A stretch of 64,000 nt of DNA, taken from positions 142,638-206,637 of the forward strand of contig CAYVLY010000001.1 of the NCBI GenBank assembly GCA_964452565.1, in the 5' to 3' direction. Source of the DNA: an uncultured Gammaproteobacteria bacterium. Lineage in GTDB: Bacteria > Patescibacteriota > Patescibacteriia > UBA9934. The position numbers and the translations under genes were made by a program. Within the stretch, counting starts at the first letter, position 1, and every line of letters begins with the position of its first letter. A model generated the notes under the pieces. It searched no databases. It worked only from the letters and a program-made list of their open reading frames with translations, and had not been told where the DNA came from. This document shows, one piece after another, positions 1 through 10,264 of this stretch.

Positions 1-1
1 T

Positions 2-496
2 ATTGAAGAAAGTGAGTCTCAATATCGTCTTTTATTCGAAAAGATCAATGAAGGATTTGCGCACGCAAAAATAATTACAGACAGACAAGGTAAGCCCATT
101 GATTGGGTATATATAAATGTAAATCCAGCCTTTGAAAAGCAAACAGGATTTAAGGATGTTATCGGAAAGCGTATGTCAGATATTTTGCCAGGCGCTGAGA
201 CGGATGTGATAGGTTGGGGACGGCAGTTTGGAAGAGTAGCTCTAACTGGAAAGGAGGAATATTTTGAACGTTATGCCAAGGCTCTGAAAAAGTGGTTTGT
301 TGTTCATGCTTTTTCACCGCGACATGGTGAGTTTGCCGCAACGCTTGAGGATATAACAGAAAGAAAAAAGAATGAATCTAATCTTAAGAAGATGAATGAG
401 TTCATGACTGGGCGTGAGGAAAAAATGATGGAGCTAAAGAAAGAGCTAAAGGTTGCTCGATCCAAACTTACTAGATTGCAAAATAAACATAGCTAA
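2..496 (+). CDS. PAS-domain protein with C-terminal coiled coil (5' partial)
   Basis: Frame open from the window edge: ESESQYRLLFEKINEGFA...YINVNPAFEKQTG...EDITERKK, then MNEFMTGREEKMMELKKE. Confidence 0.75.
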   Translation: MEESESQYRLLFEKINEGFAHAKIITDRQGKPIDWVYINVNPAFEKQTGFKDVIGKRMSDILPGAETDVIGWGRQFGRVALTGKEEYFERYAKALKKWFVVHAFSPRHGEFAATLEDITERKKNESNLKKMNEFMTGREEKMMELKKELKVARSKLTRLQNKHS

Positions 497-529
497 ATCA
501 AAACAACCGCAATCGCGGTTGTTTTGATT
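496..529. terminator. Bidirectional intrinsic terminator
   Basis: AATCAAAACAACCGC-aatc-GCGGTTGTTTTGATT perfect inverted repeat between convergent genes. Confidence 0.85.
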
Positions 530-1052
530 ATTTGATTAGATCTTTTGATTTAAGCTGCTCAACGATCTTTCGTGTTATACGTTGCTTGCCTCGTTGGTAG
601 ATTTTTTCGATTAGATCCTGTGCCTCATCAAAGCTTGCCCATTTGTAGTCATCGAACTCAGTTTTTGATATGTCAAGCTCATCAGTGCCTGATTCTGCAG
701 CTATGACAAAGTAGACCTTACCTTTCATGAATACTTCCTTGCCTTCATCAGTTTTTAATGATCGAGATCCTTGCTTTGTAGGTGGAAATGTACTTTGATC
801 CTCAAGTATGAAGTTCAGGTTTCGATCAAACTTTGAAACAAACCCGCTTCCAAGCTCTTCTTCCATCTCACGCCAAAAGGAAGCCTCAAGGTTTTCTCCA
901 TTATCGATCCCACCTTGCGGAAACATCCAGAGATCGTATTCTTTGTGATACATGAACAAAACCCGATTTTTATTAATCGAAACACCAATAACTTGTGGGC
1001 GATAGCCACTCTTTCTAACATCGTCAATTTCTTGTTGTGTGAGGTCCAGCAT
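528..1052 (-). CDS. NUDIX hydrolase (RppH-like)
   Basis: YRPQV...WMFPQGGIDNGENLEASFWREMEEELG Nudix box, EFDDYKW; start taken at MLDLTQ. Confidence 0.8.
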   Translation of the reverse strand: MLDLTQQEIDDVRKSGYRPQVIGVSINKNRVLFMYHKEYDLWMFPQGGIDNGENLEASFWREMEEELGSGFVSKFDRNLNFILEDQSTFPPTKQGSRSLKTDEGKEVFMKGKVYFVIAAESGTDELDISKTEFDDYKWASFDEAQDLIEKIYQRGKQRITRKIVEQLKSKDLIK

Positions 1053-1091
1053 ATGTTGTTTATGACCATCAAATGATAAACTAATATAAGC

Positions 1092-1544
1092 ATGTGGGCA
1101 AATCGAAACTACAAAAAGAGTAATAAGATAACAGAGGTGCATTTTAATGTCTCAGACCATGCATGTAATATCTCCTCTGGGATTCTGGGCAGCTCAGGCG
1201 TTGATCGTCGTCAGAGGCTCAGTTTAGCTCTTTCAGATGAACTTTGCGATTTAGCCAAGATCGACATAGTCAATGTAAAGATTTCAGATGCGAAACAGTT
1301 TCACCGCAGGTCAAATGGAAGAATCTCAATGCGCCAATATGGCTATTATAAGCCTGATACTCGCTATATTTATATAACTAATCATACTGCTGTGCGCGGC
1401 CAGCCCTTGGCTCCAAAGACTTTTTTGAATACACTATTGCACGAATGGATGCATCATTATGATACCTGCAGCTTGGGACTGAATTCGATACATACTAAAG
1501 GCTTTTATTTAAGGCTGAAATCATTGGAACAGCAACTACGATAA
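1092..1544 (+). CDS. SprT-like zinc metalloprotease domain protein
   Basis: TLLHEWMHH (HExxH) followed by HTKGFY. Confidence 0.65.
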   Translation: MWANRNYKKSNKITEVHFNVSDHACNISSGILGSSGVDRRQRLSLALSDELCDLAKIDIVNVKISDAKQFHRRSNGRISMRQYGYYKPDTRYIYITNHTAVRGQPLAPKTFLNTLLHEWMHHYDTCSLGLNSIHTKGFYLRLKSLEQQLR

Positions 1545-1545
1545 T

Positions 1546-2700
1546 ATGGACGACAAATTACATCAGGAGGTTTTGGAGCTAACACAAGCACTTGTTAAGA
1601 TACCTTCGAGAACTGAGAAGGAATCAGAGCTTGTAATAGCTGAGTTTATAAAACACAAGCTCGAGGAGTTTGGTTTTAATCCTGAGATGGTTGGACCACA
1701 GACCCAGCCATCAATAATGTGTTATATCGAAAAAGATCCCAACGCTAAGACAATCTGGCTGGAGGCGCCGCTTGACACTTCCAGATCTTCAGATGTTGGA
1801 GCTTGGAAGTTTCCGCCGTTTGAGGCCGTCATCGATGATGGAAAGATGTATGGCTGCGGAGTATCTGCCTGTAAAATCGCGGTTGCAATGTACAGCGTCT
1901 TAGCCAGGGAGCTTGCTAATGACCCAAGCTTCAATGCAAATATCTTTTTAGCATTTAATGCAGACGAGCAGTGCGGAAGTTTAACTGGAGCGCGTGAGAT
2001 TATCCACAGAGCACCAAAGGCCGATCTTTGCTTACTTGGTTATCAGGGAAATGATGAGATCTCCATTGGTGCACGTGGTTGGCTTAGACTGCATGTTCAA
2101 ACAATTGGTAGGTCTATACACACGGGAGAGCGATCAGCTAAAGGAGTAAATGCCATACATTCAATGTCGCGTATCATAAATGCAATAAGCTCTTTAAGAT
2201 TGAAGTTTAAAAAAGATACTTTTTTCTGGTTTGGACCATCGATCCACGTAACAACTGTTAAAGGAGGAGTTGCTATGAATATTGTGCCAGATTACTGCCG
2301 CATTAATATTGATATAAGGTTAGTTCCTGGTCAGGATGACAAGACCATTGTTAAGCAGGTGGAGCATGAATTAGAAAAAATGAAAAAGCGTGACAAGGAC
2401 TTTGAATATGTCTTAGATGTATTCCAATACCAATCAGCATATCTAACTGATCCTACACATCCTTTTATCAACATAATGCAAACAAATATCAAATCAGAAT
2501 ATGGCAAACGACTTCCACTTGTTGCAAGTGGACATGGAAGTGCAGGAAACTTGATAAATGAACTGGGCGTGCCGATAATTAATGCATTTGGTGTGGAGGG
2601 CGGAAATGAGCATGCACCAAATGAATGGATTAGTACACAGAGTGTTAGACAAACATTTGATATACTGAGTAAGTCATTAATCGAGTTTACAAAGTCATAA
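1546..2700 (+). CDS. M20/ArgE/DapE-family metallopeptidase homolog, with degenerate metal ligands
   Basis: LVKIPS, W.FPPFEAVIDDGKMYG, GVNAI, GGVAMNIVPD, DIRLVPG, HAPNEWI. Confidence 0.8.
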   Translation: MDDKLHQEVLELTQALVKIPSRTEKESELVIAEFIKHKLEEFGFNPEMVGPQTQPSIMCYIEKDPNAKTIWLEAPLDTSRSSDVGAWKFPPFEAVIDDGKMYGCGVSACKIAVAMYSVLARELANDPSFNANIFLAFNADEQCGSLTGAREIIHRAPKADLCLLGYQGNDEISIGARGWLRLHVQTIGRSIHTGERSAKGVNAIHSMSRIINAISSLRLKFKKDTFFWFGPSIHVTTVKGGVAMNIVPDYCRINIDIRLVPGQDDKTIVKQVEHELEKMKKRDKDFEYVLDVFQYQSAYLTDPTHPFINIMQTNIKSEYGKRLPLVASGHGSAGNLINELGVPIINAFGVEGGNEHAPNEWISTQSVRQTFDILSKSLIEFTKS

Positions 2701-2706
2701 ATTTTT

Positions 2707-3687
2707 ATGGAGGTTTTTACAAATATAATATTTCTGCTAGCTGGTTTTTTCATGCTGGTGAAAGGTGCTGACTATCTTATTGATGGATCAAGCTCAATTG
2801 CAAAGCGATTTGGGATTCCAACACTGGTTATTGGACTTACAGTTGTTGCCTTTGGTACATCAGCTCCCGAGATAGTGGTTAATGTTGTTGCGGCCATTTC
2901 AGATAATCCCGAGATTGCACTTGGAAACATTAATGGAACAGTTATAGCGAATACATTACTGATCCTTGGTGTTGGAGCAATGCTTGCTCGAATTCCAGTG
3001 AGAAGCAGGACGGTAATGAAAGAAATTCCTTTCATGCTTTTGGCAGCTGTTGTACTTCTAATCTTTTCATTAGACCAAGTCCTAAACGGAGATGCACAAG
3101 CTACATTGTCAAGGATTGATGGAATCATAATGATTCTTGTTTTTTGTGTCTTCTTATATTATTTATTCCTATCAGTCCAAGGACTTCCAAAAAAGCGTGA
3201 ACGCGCAAAGATGAGCGTTAAGAAGGCCACTGGCCTAACAATTGTTGGATTATTTGGTTTAGTCCTTGGTGCGAATCTTACGGTTGATGGCGCATCGGGT
3301 TTGGCGCTTGCGGTTGGAATCTCTGAATCTCTTGTAGCACTCACAGTTGTTGCTGTGGGGACATCGCTGCCTGAACTTGCCGCGGCAATCACAGCTGCTC
3401 GTAAGCGTGAAACTGACCTGGCGATCGGTGCAGTGGTTGGATCGAATATATTTGATATTCTTCTTGGACTTGGACTATCAGCAACAATGGCGCCAATGAT
3501 AATATCAAGCTCGGTTATCACTGATATTGCAATTGTATTTGCTTCATTGGTCATTCTTATGATTGCGCTATTCATACCGGAGCGAATGAAACCAGAAGAT
3601 GGTGGACGTGGGTTAGATAAACGTTCGGGTTTGATTCTATTAGGACTTTACGCACTTTATATTGTATATATCGTGATTCGAGGGTAA
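2707..3687 (+). CDS. yrbG: Calcium/sodium antiporter (CaCA, YrbG-like)
   Basis: Two alpha repeats GTSAPE and GTSLPE...GSNIFDI; about 10 TM helices. Confidence 0.9.
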   Translation: MEVFTNIIFLLAGFFMLVKGADYLIDGSSSIAKRFGIPTLVIGLTVVAFGTSAPEIVVNVVAAISDNPEIALGNINGTVIANTLLILGVGAMLARIPVRSRTVMKEIPFMLLAAVVLLIFSLDQVLNGDAQATLSRIDGIIMILVFCVFLYYLFLSVQGLPKKRERAKMSVKKATGLTIVGLFGLVLGANLTVDGASGLALAVGISESLVALTVVAVGTSLPELAAAITAARKRETDLAIGAVVGSNIFDILLGLGLSATMAPMIISSSVITDIAIVFASLVILMIALFIPERMKPEDGGRGLDKRSGLILLGLYALYIVYIVIRG

Positions 3688-3696
3688 AGTATTACC

Positions 3697-5520
3697 ATGT
3701 TGGACCCAAAGGACGAGATAAAGCAAAGACTCGACATTGTAGAGATGATTTCAGAGTATCTACCGCTCAAACCTGCTGGTTCGGGTGGATTTAAAGCATG
3801 CTGTCCATTTCATAGCGAAAAGACCCCCTCTTTTCATGTGTCCCGCGAAAAGCAGATTTGGCACTGCTTTGGATGCAATAAGGGAGGGGATCTTTTTGCA
3901 TTTTTAATGGATCTTGAGGGCTTGAGTTTTCCTGCAGCTCTAGAGCTCATGGCTGGCAAGGCAGGAGTCAAACTTCCAGAAAGATCAACAAGTCAAGCAT
4001 CAAGGCAGGCTAAAAAAGAAAGAGACGTTTTACTAGACCTTCACATCATTGCGCAAAAGCTATATACGACCGTGCTTAAGGAGCATGATCGGGCATCAGA
4101 AGCTAGAAAATACTTAGTCGACCGCGGGATCACGGAAAATCTTATTGATAAGTTTGGTCTTGGCTTTGCACCAGATGAATGGAGCATGCTTTCTTCTTTT
4201 TTTAGAAAACGCGGATTCAATGATCAGGTTATTATTAAAAGCGGTTTGGCAAAAAAGAAGTTGTCAGGTGACGGAATTATTGATCGATTCAGAAATCGAA
4301 TCCTAGTGCCACTTCACGATAGTCGTGGACGGGTAATTGGTTTTACTGGTAGATCATTAGTCGAGACTGACAAAAGCGGGCCTAAGTACTTAAATTCTCC
4401 TGAAACCGAGATTTATAACAAACGTGCAGTGCTTTATGGACTTCACCTTGCAAAGACTGCAATTCGAAGGGAAAAATCTGTGATCATAGTAGAGGGAAAC
4501 CTCGATGTAGTCGCTTCACATAAGGCAGGAGTTGAAAACATTGTAGCAAGCTCGGGGACAGCTTTGACCGAGATACAGCTTAAGACTTTAAAGAGACTCA
4601 CAGACAATCTGATCTTCTGTTTTGACTCAGATGATGCAGGGTTTGAAGCAGCGCGCCGCGGGATTCATTTAGCTCAGCAAATGGATTTTGATGTGCATGT
4701 CATATCAATTCCTAATGAGATGGGTAAGGACCCAGACGATGTTGTTCAGAAAAATCCTCAGGATTGGGTCAATATCGTGAAAGAGCCAATACACATCATG
4801 AAGTACTACTTTGATAGAATTTTTGAGAAAATTGATATATCAAATATTACTGAAAAGAAAAAAGTAGTTGCATTCATGCTCTCGGAGATATCAGCATATA
4901 CAGATGCTGTAGAGCGCGAGCACTGGCTAATGCAGCTAGCTGATAGAGCCAGGGTTGATATTCAGGTTCTTCGAAATGAGCTAAGGAACCACAGTCACGT
5001 AAAGAAACCACAAGAAAAACCTAAAATTGATCAGATTCCAGTGCAAAAACAGAGTAAGAATGACTCAGCCGTAAGCTTTCTCGTGGGGCTTATCTTGAGT
5101 GATGTTGATCAGACTTCAGAGATCTTGAGTAACCTTAGCGAGGATGTGGTCCAAAACGAACAACTCAAGAGAGTTTACAAAGATGCAAAGTCTGCGTATA
5201 ATCAGTCCAATGCGTCTATTAACGCGCAAAAAACACTTTTCTCAATCCTCCAGCAGCTCTATGAATCTGAGGATCGGCAAGATGATGCCGCATGCATTAA
5301 TGCATTAGTCCTCAAAACAGAGCAAACATTGGACGGATTCCAAGAGAAACATGTGCGCGAAGAAATAGATAGACATGTCAATATTTTAACCCAGGCTCCA
5401 CGTAAAAAGCACCTTTTGGAGCTGGAACGCAATATACGCCAGGCAGAAATGGCTGGTGACAAAGAACGCGCTCGTCAACTTACTGATGAGTATATGAATG
5501 TGCTCAGAAATAATTCCTGA
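3697..5520 (+). CDS. dnaG: DNA primase
   Basis: [11 protein letters not shown] zinc finger, [28 protein letters not shown] / FDSDDAG, KDPD. Confidence 0.97.
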   Translation: MLDPKDEIKQRLDIVEMISEYLPLKPAGSGGFKACCPFHSEKTPSFHVSREKQIWHCFGCNKGGDLFAFLMDLEGLSFPAALELMAGKAGVKLPERSTSQASRQAKKERDVLLDLHIIAQKLYTTVLKEHDRASEARKYLVDRGITENLIDKFGLGFAPDEWSMLSSFFRKRGFNDQVIIKSGLAKKKLSGDGIIDRFRNRILVPLHDSRGRVIGFTGRSLVETDKSGPKYLNSPETEIYNKRAVLYGLHLAKTAIRREKSVIIVEGNLDVVASHKAGVENIVASSGTALTEIQLKTLKRLTDNLIFCFDSDDAGFEAARRGIHLAQQMDFDVHVISIPNEMGKDPDDVVQKNPQDWVNIVKEPIHIMKYYFDRIFEKIDISNITEKKKVVAFMLSEISAYTDAVEREHWLMQLADRARVDIQVLRNELRNHSHVKKPQEKPKIDQIPVQKQSKNDSAVSFLVGLILSDVDQTSEILSNLSEDVVQNEQLKRVYKDAKSAYNQSNASINAQKTLFSILQQLYESEDRQDDAACINALVLKTEQTLDGFQEKHVREEIDRHVNILTQAPRKKHLLELERNIRQAEMAGDKERARQLTDEYMNVLRNNS

Positions 5521-5531
5521 TTTTGTTTTGT

Positions 5532-6821
5532 ATGCCCGCAAAAAAAGCAGCGAAGAAGACAACTAAAAAAACAGTAAAGAAACCGGCAGCTAAGAAAAAA
5601 CCTGTAAAAAAGCCTGTCCGCCGAAGCTCAAAGAGCGAAGGAGGAAAGGTTGTAAAAAAAGCGACTAAAAATCCTGCAACCAAAAAGCCAAGGGTTGCTA
5701 GAAAAAAAGTTGTTAAAGAACGTTATAAGAAATCAGCAGCTCCTACTGATGAAGTTTTGGAGAGAATTATTGAACGTGGATTTGCAAAGGGCTTTGTTAC
5801 TGATACCGAGGTCATATTTGCATTTGGTGAGATTGAAGACCATGTAATACTTTTCGAGAAGTTCTTAGATCGGTTAGAGGTAGAGGGGGTCCACTTTATC
5901 GAAATTAAAGAAGGGTTCTTGGGGCATGAAAAATCTGCCGAAGAGATTTATGAAAAGTTACGTGTTAAAGCTGAAGTGCGTGGCGAGGCTTCTGAATCAA
6001 CTCAGGATTCTATCCAAATGTACTTGCGTGAGATTGGAAAGATCCCGCTACTAAACGCTGAAGAGGAAATTGCACTAGCAAAGCGTAAAGAAGTAGATGA
6101 CAAGGAAGCCGAGCGTAGACTTATCGAGGCCAACCTTCGACTTGTAGTCTCGATTGCTAAAAAGTTCGTTGGAAAGCAACTCTCACTTTTAGACCTTATC
6201 CAAGAGGGAAATGTCGGGCTTTTCAGGGCTGTAAAGAAATTTGAATATAGAAAAGGCTACAAGTTCTCAACATATGCTACTTGGTGGATTCGACAGGCAA
6301 TCACTCGAGCTTTAGCCGATCAATCGCGAACGATTCGAATTCCTGTTCACATGGTTGAGACAATCAATAAGTTCAAGCAGATTCAACGTCGTCTGATCCA
6401 GGATCTGGGCCGAGAACCTCTCCCTGAGGAACTAGCATCAGAAATGGATTTGCCAATTGTGAAAGTTCGTCATATTAAAAAGATTTCACAGGAAACTGTA
6501 TCACTTGAAACTTCTGTTGGGGATGATGAAGAAGATTCAAAGCTTCAAGATTTCATAGAAGACACAAAGAGTATTTCACCTGACAAAGCAGCTGCACGTG
6601 AACTGTTGAGCGAGTACGTTAAAGTAAGCATGAAGGATCTTACTCCTCGAGAGCAAAAGATTCTTGAAATGCGTTTTGGCCTCACTGACGGCGTGAGTCA
6701 TACACTTGAAGAGGTTGGACGAGAGTTTGATGTTACTCGCGAACGTATTCGTCAAATCGAGGCAAAGGCACTCGAAAAGATTCAGCAAAAAGAAATCATC
6801 CACAAACTTAGAGATTACTAG
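5532..6821 (+). CDS. rpoD: Primary sigma-70 factor with Lys-rich N-terminus
   Basis: [58 protein letters not shown]; follows dnaG. Confidence 0.95.
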   Translation: MPAKKAAKKTTKKTVKKPAAKKKPVKKPVRRSSKSEGGKVVKKATKNPATKKPRVARKKVVKERYKKSAAPTDEVLERIIERGFAKGFVTDTEVIFAFGEIEDHVILFEKFLDRLEVEGVHFIEIKEGFLGHEKSAEEIYEKLRVKAEVRGEASESTQDSIQMYLREIGKIPLLNAEEEIALAKRKEVDDKEAERRLIEANLRLVVSIAKKFVGKQLSLLDLIQEGNVGLFRAVKKFEYRKGYKFSTYATWWIRQAITRALADQSRTIRIPVHMVETINKFKQIQRRLIQDLGREPLPEELASEMDLPIVKVRHIKKISQETVSLETSVGDDEEDSKLQDFIEDTKSISPDKAAARELLSEYVKVSMKDLTPREQKILEMRFGLTDGVSHTLEEVGREFDVTRERIRQIEAKALEKIQQKEIIHKLRDY

Positions 6822-6832
6822 ATCGATTAATT

Positions 6833-8074
6833 ATGATTAAAAAACTACTAGCAAGTTTGATTTTATCGCTTGCAATAATAACCCCAGTATCTGCCCAAGA
6901 AGCTCAGGAGACTCAGGTCGAGATAGATGATGGTACTGCAGCACATGTTTACTTCTTCCACAGCGAAAGCTGTCCGCACTGTAAGGATGAAATGGAATTT
7001 TTGATTGCACTTTCAAAAGATGAGGCATACATGGATGTTGATTTCTACGAATTCGAAATTACGCAGAATGAAGCAAACCTGAATCTTTTAAAGCAAGTTG
7101 GTGAAGTAATTGACCAGGATACGTCTGGAGTGCCTTTCACAGTAATTGGGTCACACGTCATAGTTGGATACATGAATGATGAGACAACTGGTGTTGAGAT
7201 TCAAAATGCGATTGATGATATCTTAGAGAATGGAGATCCAAATATTGTTGGATTGATTATTGCGGGCGAGGAAGTTAATCTTTCAGCAGTTGATGATGAA
7301 GGCATCGAGGTTGATCAAAACATACCAGAGTCTATTACAGTACCAATTTTCGGTGAAATTAAAACCGCGAATGTATCTCTTCCAGTTCTTTCAATATTAT
7401 TGGGATTCATCGATGGATTTAATCCATGCGCAATGTGGGTATTGGTATTTTTGATCTCCTTGATGATTGGAATGGAAAACAAGAGGCGCATGTGGATTCT
7501 TGGAATCACCTTTATTGCGGCATCTGCTGCTGTGTACTATGTCTTTATGGCAGCATGGTTGAATGTATTGATGTTTATCGGATTGCTGTTTGCAGTTCGG
7601 TTGGTTATTGGACTTGTGGCAATTGGAGGTGGTGCCTATAGCATTCATGACTATTACACTAACAAGGATGCGGAATGTAAGGTTGGTGATCTTGATAAAA
7701 AGCAGAAGACAATGCAAAAGATGCGTGAGGTTGTCCGAAAGCCTTCATTCCTAGCAGCATTAATTGGAATCATTGTACTTGCTGCGGCAGTTAATATGGT
7801 TGAGTTGATCTGTTCTGCAGGAATCCCAGCAGTCTTCACGCAGATACTGAACATGTCAGATATATCAACGATTGGTCGGTATCTCTACATGTTGCTCTAC
7901 ATCTTGCTATACATGATTGATGACATCGTAGTATTTGTTATTGCCATGCTGACTTTGCAAATTAGTGGAGTAACAGCAAAGTATACTCGAGCTACACGTC
8001 TTATCGGAGGAGTGCTGATGTTGATTATCGGAGCGTTGATGATCCTGAAGCCAGAGTGGTTGATGTTTGGATAA
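6833..8074 (+). CDS. Thioredoxin/glutaredoxin-fold domain fused to CcdA/DsbD-like membrane domain
   Basis: Signal peptide, CPHC, GVP cis-Pro loop; membrane part DGFNPCAMW...ELICSAG. Confidence 0.8.
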   Translation: MIKKLLASLILSLAIITPVSAQEAQETQVEIDDGTAAHVYFFHSESCPHCKDEMEFLIALSKDEAYMDVDFYEFEITQNEANLNLLKQVGEVIDQDTSGVPFTVIGSHVIVGYMNDETTGVEIQNAIDDILENGDPNIVGLIIAGEEVNLSAVDDEGIEVDQNIPESITVPIFGEIKTANVSLPVLSILLGFIDGFNPCAMWVLVFLISLMIGMENKRRMWILGITFIAASAAVYYVFMAAWLNVLMFIGLLFAVRLVIGLVAIGGGAYSIHDYYTNKDAECKVGDLDKKQKTMQKMREVVRKPSFLAALIGIIVLAAAVNMVELICSAGIPAVFTQILNMSDISTIGRYLYMLLYILLYMIDDIVVFVIAMLTLQISGVTAKYTRATRLIGGVLMLIIGALMILKPEWLMFG

Positions 8075-8122
8075 AACAAAATAGAACCTTGAATGGGTCC
8101 TACTTGTTAAATCAAGTGGGGC

Positions 8123-8920
8123 CTATTTGTTTTTAATAAATTGATATACAAACCAACCAATCGAATAAATTATAAACGGCAGGCTTAGCCATTGCCCCAT
8201 TGTTAGTCCAGCCTCAAGTGTATGATATTCTTTCACGAATTCGACCAGGAATCGTGTTGAGAAGTAAAGAAGGATGAAGGTGTGAGTCAAGAAAAGGCTC
8301 TCCTCATTCCCAAGGGGGAGCCGGAGGGGGTTGCCATTCTTTGATCTCCGATGCAGCCATATTAAGATTCCGAAGATGACAAAGGCAATAAGTGCTTCGT
8401 AGAGTTGCGACGGATGCCGTCCAATTGGGTCAAGTTCAAAAAGAGGGAACTGTACGGCCCAAGGGAGATCAGTTGCACGCCCTACAATCTCAGAGTTAAA
8501 GAAATTTCCGATTCTAATGAACCCGGCTACTAACGGTATTGGAATAACTAAGATTTCAATCAACCTGCGCCAATCAGTTTTTTTGACCCAGACGAATATC
8601 GAAAAAGTGATTATCAAGCCTAAGGCCATACCATGACTTGAAAGTCCACCATGTTGGATCATGAGTATCTCGATCGGATTAGATAAGAAGTATTCAAGAT
8701 TATAAAAAACAATATGGCCAATGCGTGCACCAAGCAACCCACCAAGCGTTAGCCAAATTCCGATATTTAATGCTTCTTCAGGTTTTAGGCCTCGGTCTTT
8801 AAACAGTCTCATTGCCAGCCACAAAGCAAGCCCAACTCCAACACCCAAAAATAATCCATACCAGCGTATTTCAAATCCGCCGGTTGATATTAGGATTGGA
8901 TCTATTGTATTGATCAACAT
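8123..8920 (-). CDS. lgt: Prolipoprotein diacylglyceryl transferase
   Basis: IRWYG, GARIGH, GGLSSHG, RIGNFFNSE, HPSQLYEA, RFLVEF, MGQWLS. Confidence 0.95.
   Translation of the reverse strand: MLINTIDPILISTGGFEIRWYGLFLGVGVGLALWLAMRLFKDRGLKPEEALNIGIWLTLGGLLGARIGHIVFYNLEYFLSNPIEILMIQHGGLSSHGMALGLIITFSIFVWVKKTDWRRLIEILVIPIPLVAGFIRIGNFFNSEIVGRATDLPWAVQFPLFELDPIGRHPSQLYEALIAFVIFGILIWLHRRSKNGNPLRLPLGNEESLFLTHTFILLYFSTRFLVEFVKEYHTLEAGLTMGQWLSLPFIIYSIGWFVYQFIKNK
8298..8335. repeat. REP-like palindromic element (family A) inside lgt
   Basis: TTCCCAAGGGGGAG-n6-GGGGTTGCC shared with 35741-35777; related copies at 39077 and 58141. Confidence 0.75.
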
Positions 8921-8963
8921 AATACAGGCTCATTTAGACCAACTCATGATATCATAAACACAT

Positions 8964-10229
8964 ATGCAAAAAAGATGGCTTAGAATTATTGCCTTTATTT
9001 TGGCCATAAATTTTTTGGTTTTGCCGGCTACAGACCTTCGTGCATCAGATTGTTGGTATACTCACATGACCAGGCAAATGTCAGATTGTTCTTATGCACA
9101 CAATGATTGCTCATGGGCTTGCGTATCAATACAAGATAGTGAAGATGCCATTTCATGTTTTGATAGTTGTAGCGCTATTGCTGATTCATGTCGATCACAA
9201 GCTTCGGCTGATTATGGCGCATGCATCGATGCTGAGTCTGCAAAAGACTATACAGATACAGCGGCTGGAACTCTAATCGAAGATGAGGAGCCCGTCGATG
9301 ACGTGTCTGCAGATGAAGAACCTATTGATATTGAAGATGATCAAAGCCAGGATCAGGAGACAAAAGATGATCTAGAGCCGGAGGAGGAACAAGAGGATAA
9401 GCCTGTTGAGGATCCGATCGAACCAGAGGCTGAGGATACTGAGGTAGATCAGCAAAAAGACGATATTGACTCTGATGAAGAGCCTGAAACAGACTTCGAT
9501 GCGAGTGATGCAAAAGAAGAGCCTGCTGGGACACCTGAAGAGTCAGAATCAAAACCTGCATTACAAGATGAAAGAGAGGTTGTCGAGTGGATGAAGGGTG
9601 CTCTGGAAATATACACCAACGCAAAGGATCTAGAGACATTTTTTGAAAAAGGAAAGTTTGATGCATATAGCAGGGCCTCACTTGCAATGGATCTTGGAAA
9701 CGGGTTCATTACTTTGATGGACGAGTTGAATAAGGGCACATCTTTTGAGGACGCATTAGCAAAGGCAACAATCGACACTGCGGCATCAGCTGCGTTTATG
9801 TTACTGCCACCCCTCAAAGCTGCTGAAATACTTGCGACAATGCCAGATGCCATACTTAAAACACTTGGATTTGATGATAATAGTTCGGTCCGTGCAGCTA
9901 CAAAATATGTTGCAGAACACTCGCCAAGTGCTTTTGTTAAAGCAACTACAAGCGCAATGATAAAGACGGGAAGCTGGGATAATGTCGCGGGCGCACTTAG
10001 TATTGCGGCTAATGATGTTAGGGATGCGCAAGGATTTGGCGCAACAGTCAGAGAAACAGGAAATCTCATTGGAACAGCAGTAGGTGCTGTTCCTGTTGCT
10101 GGCGCAATGGTGGTAAGAGATGGAGTTGATTATGTTGTAACTGGCGTAAAGGTGATATTTGGCGGTATTGCAGGTTGGTTTACTGGTGAGGATGATGTGG
10201 CTGATAATCCGTATGGATTGCAGCCCTGA
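8964..10229 (+). CDS. Secreted hypothetical protein (Cys-rich N-domain, acidic linker, helical C-domain)
   Basis: Signal peptide, 8 Cys in the first ~60 mature residues, D/E/P-rich spacer. Confidence 0.7.
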   Translation: MQKRWLRIIAFILAINFLVLPATDLRASDCWYTHMTRQMSDCSYAHNDCSWACVSIQDSEDAISCFDSCSAIADSCRSQASADYGACIDAESAKDYTDTAAGTLIEDEEPVDDVSADEEPIDIEDDQSQDQETKDDLEPEEEQEDKPVEDPIEPEAEDTEVDQQKDDIDSDEEPETDFDASDAKEEPAGTPEESESKPALQDEREVVEWMKGALEIYTNAKDLETFFEKGKFDAYSRASLAMDLGNGFITLMDELNKGTSFEDALAKATIDTAASAAFMLLPPLKAAEILATMPDAILKTLGFDDNSSVRAATKYVAEHSPSAFVKATTSAMIKTGSWDNVAGALSIAANDVRDAQGFGATVRETGNLIGTAVGAVPVAGAMVVRDGVDYVVTGVKVIFGGIAGWFTGEDDVADNPYGLQP

Positions 10230-10264
10230 CTTTATATAATAGAATCAAATTAATTAATTTAGAT

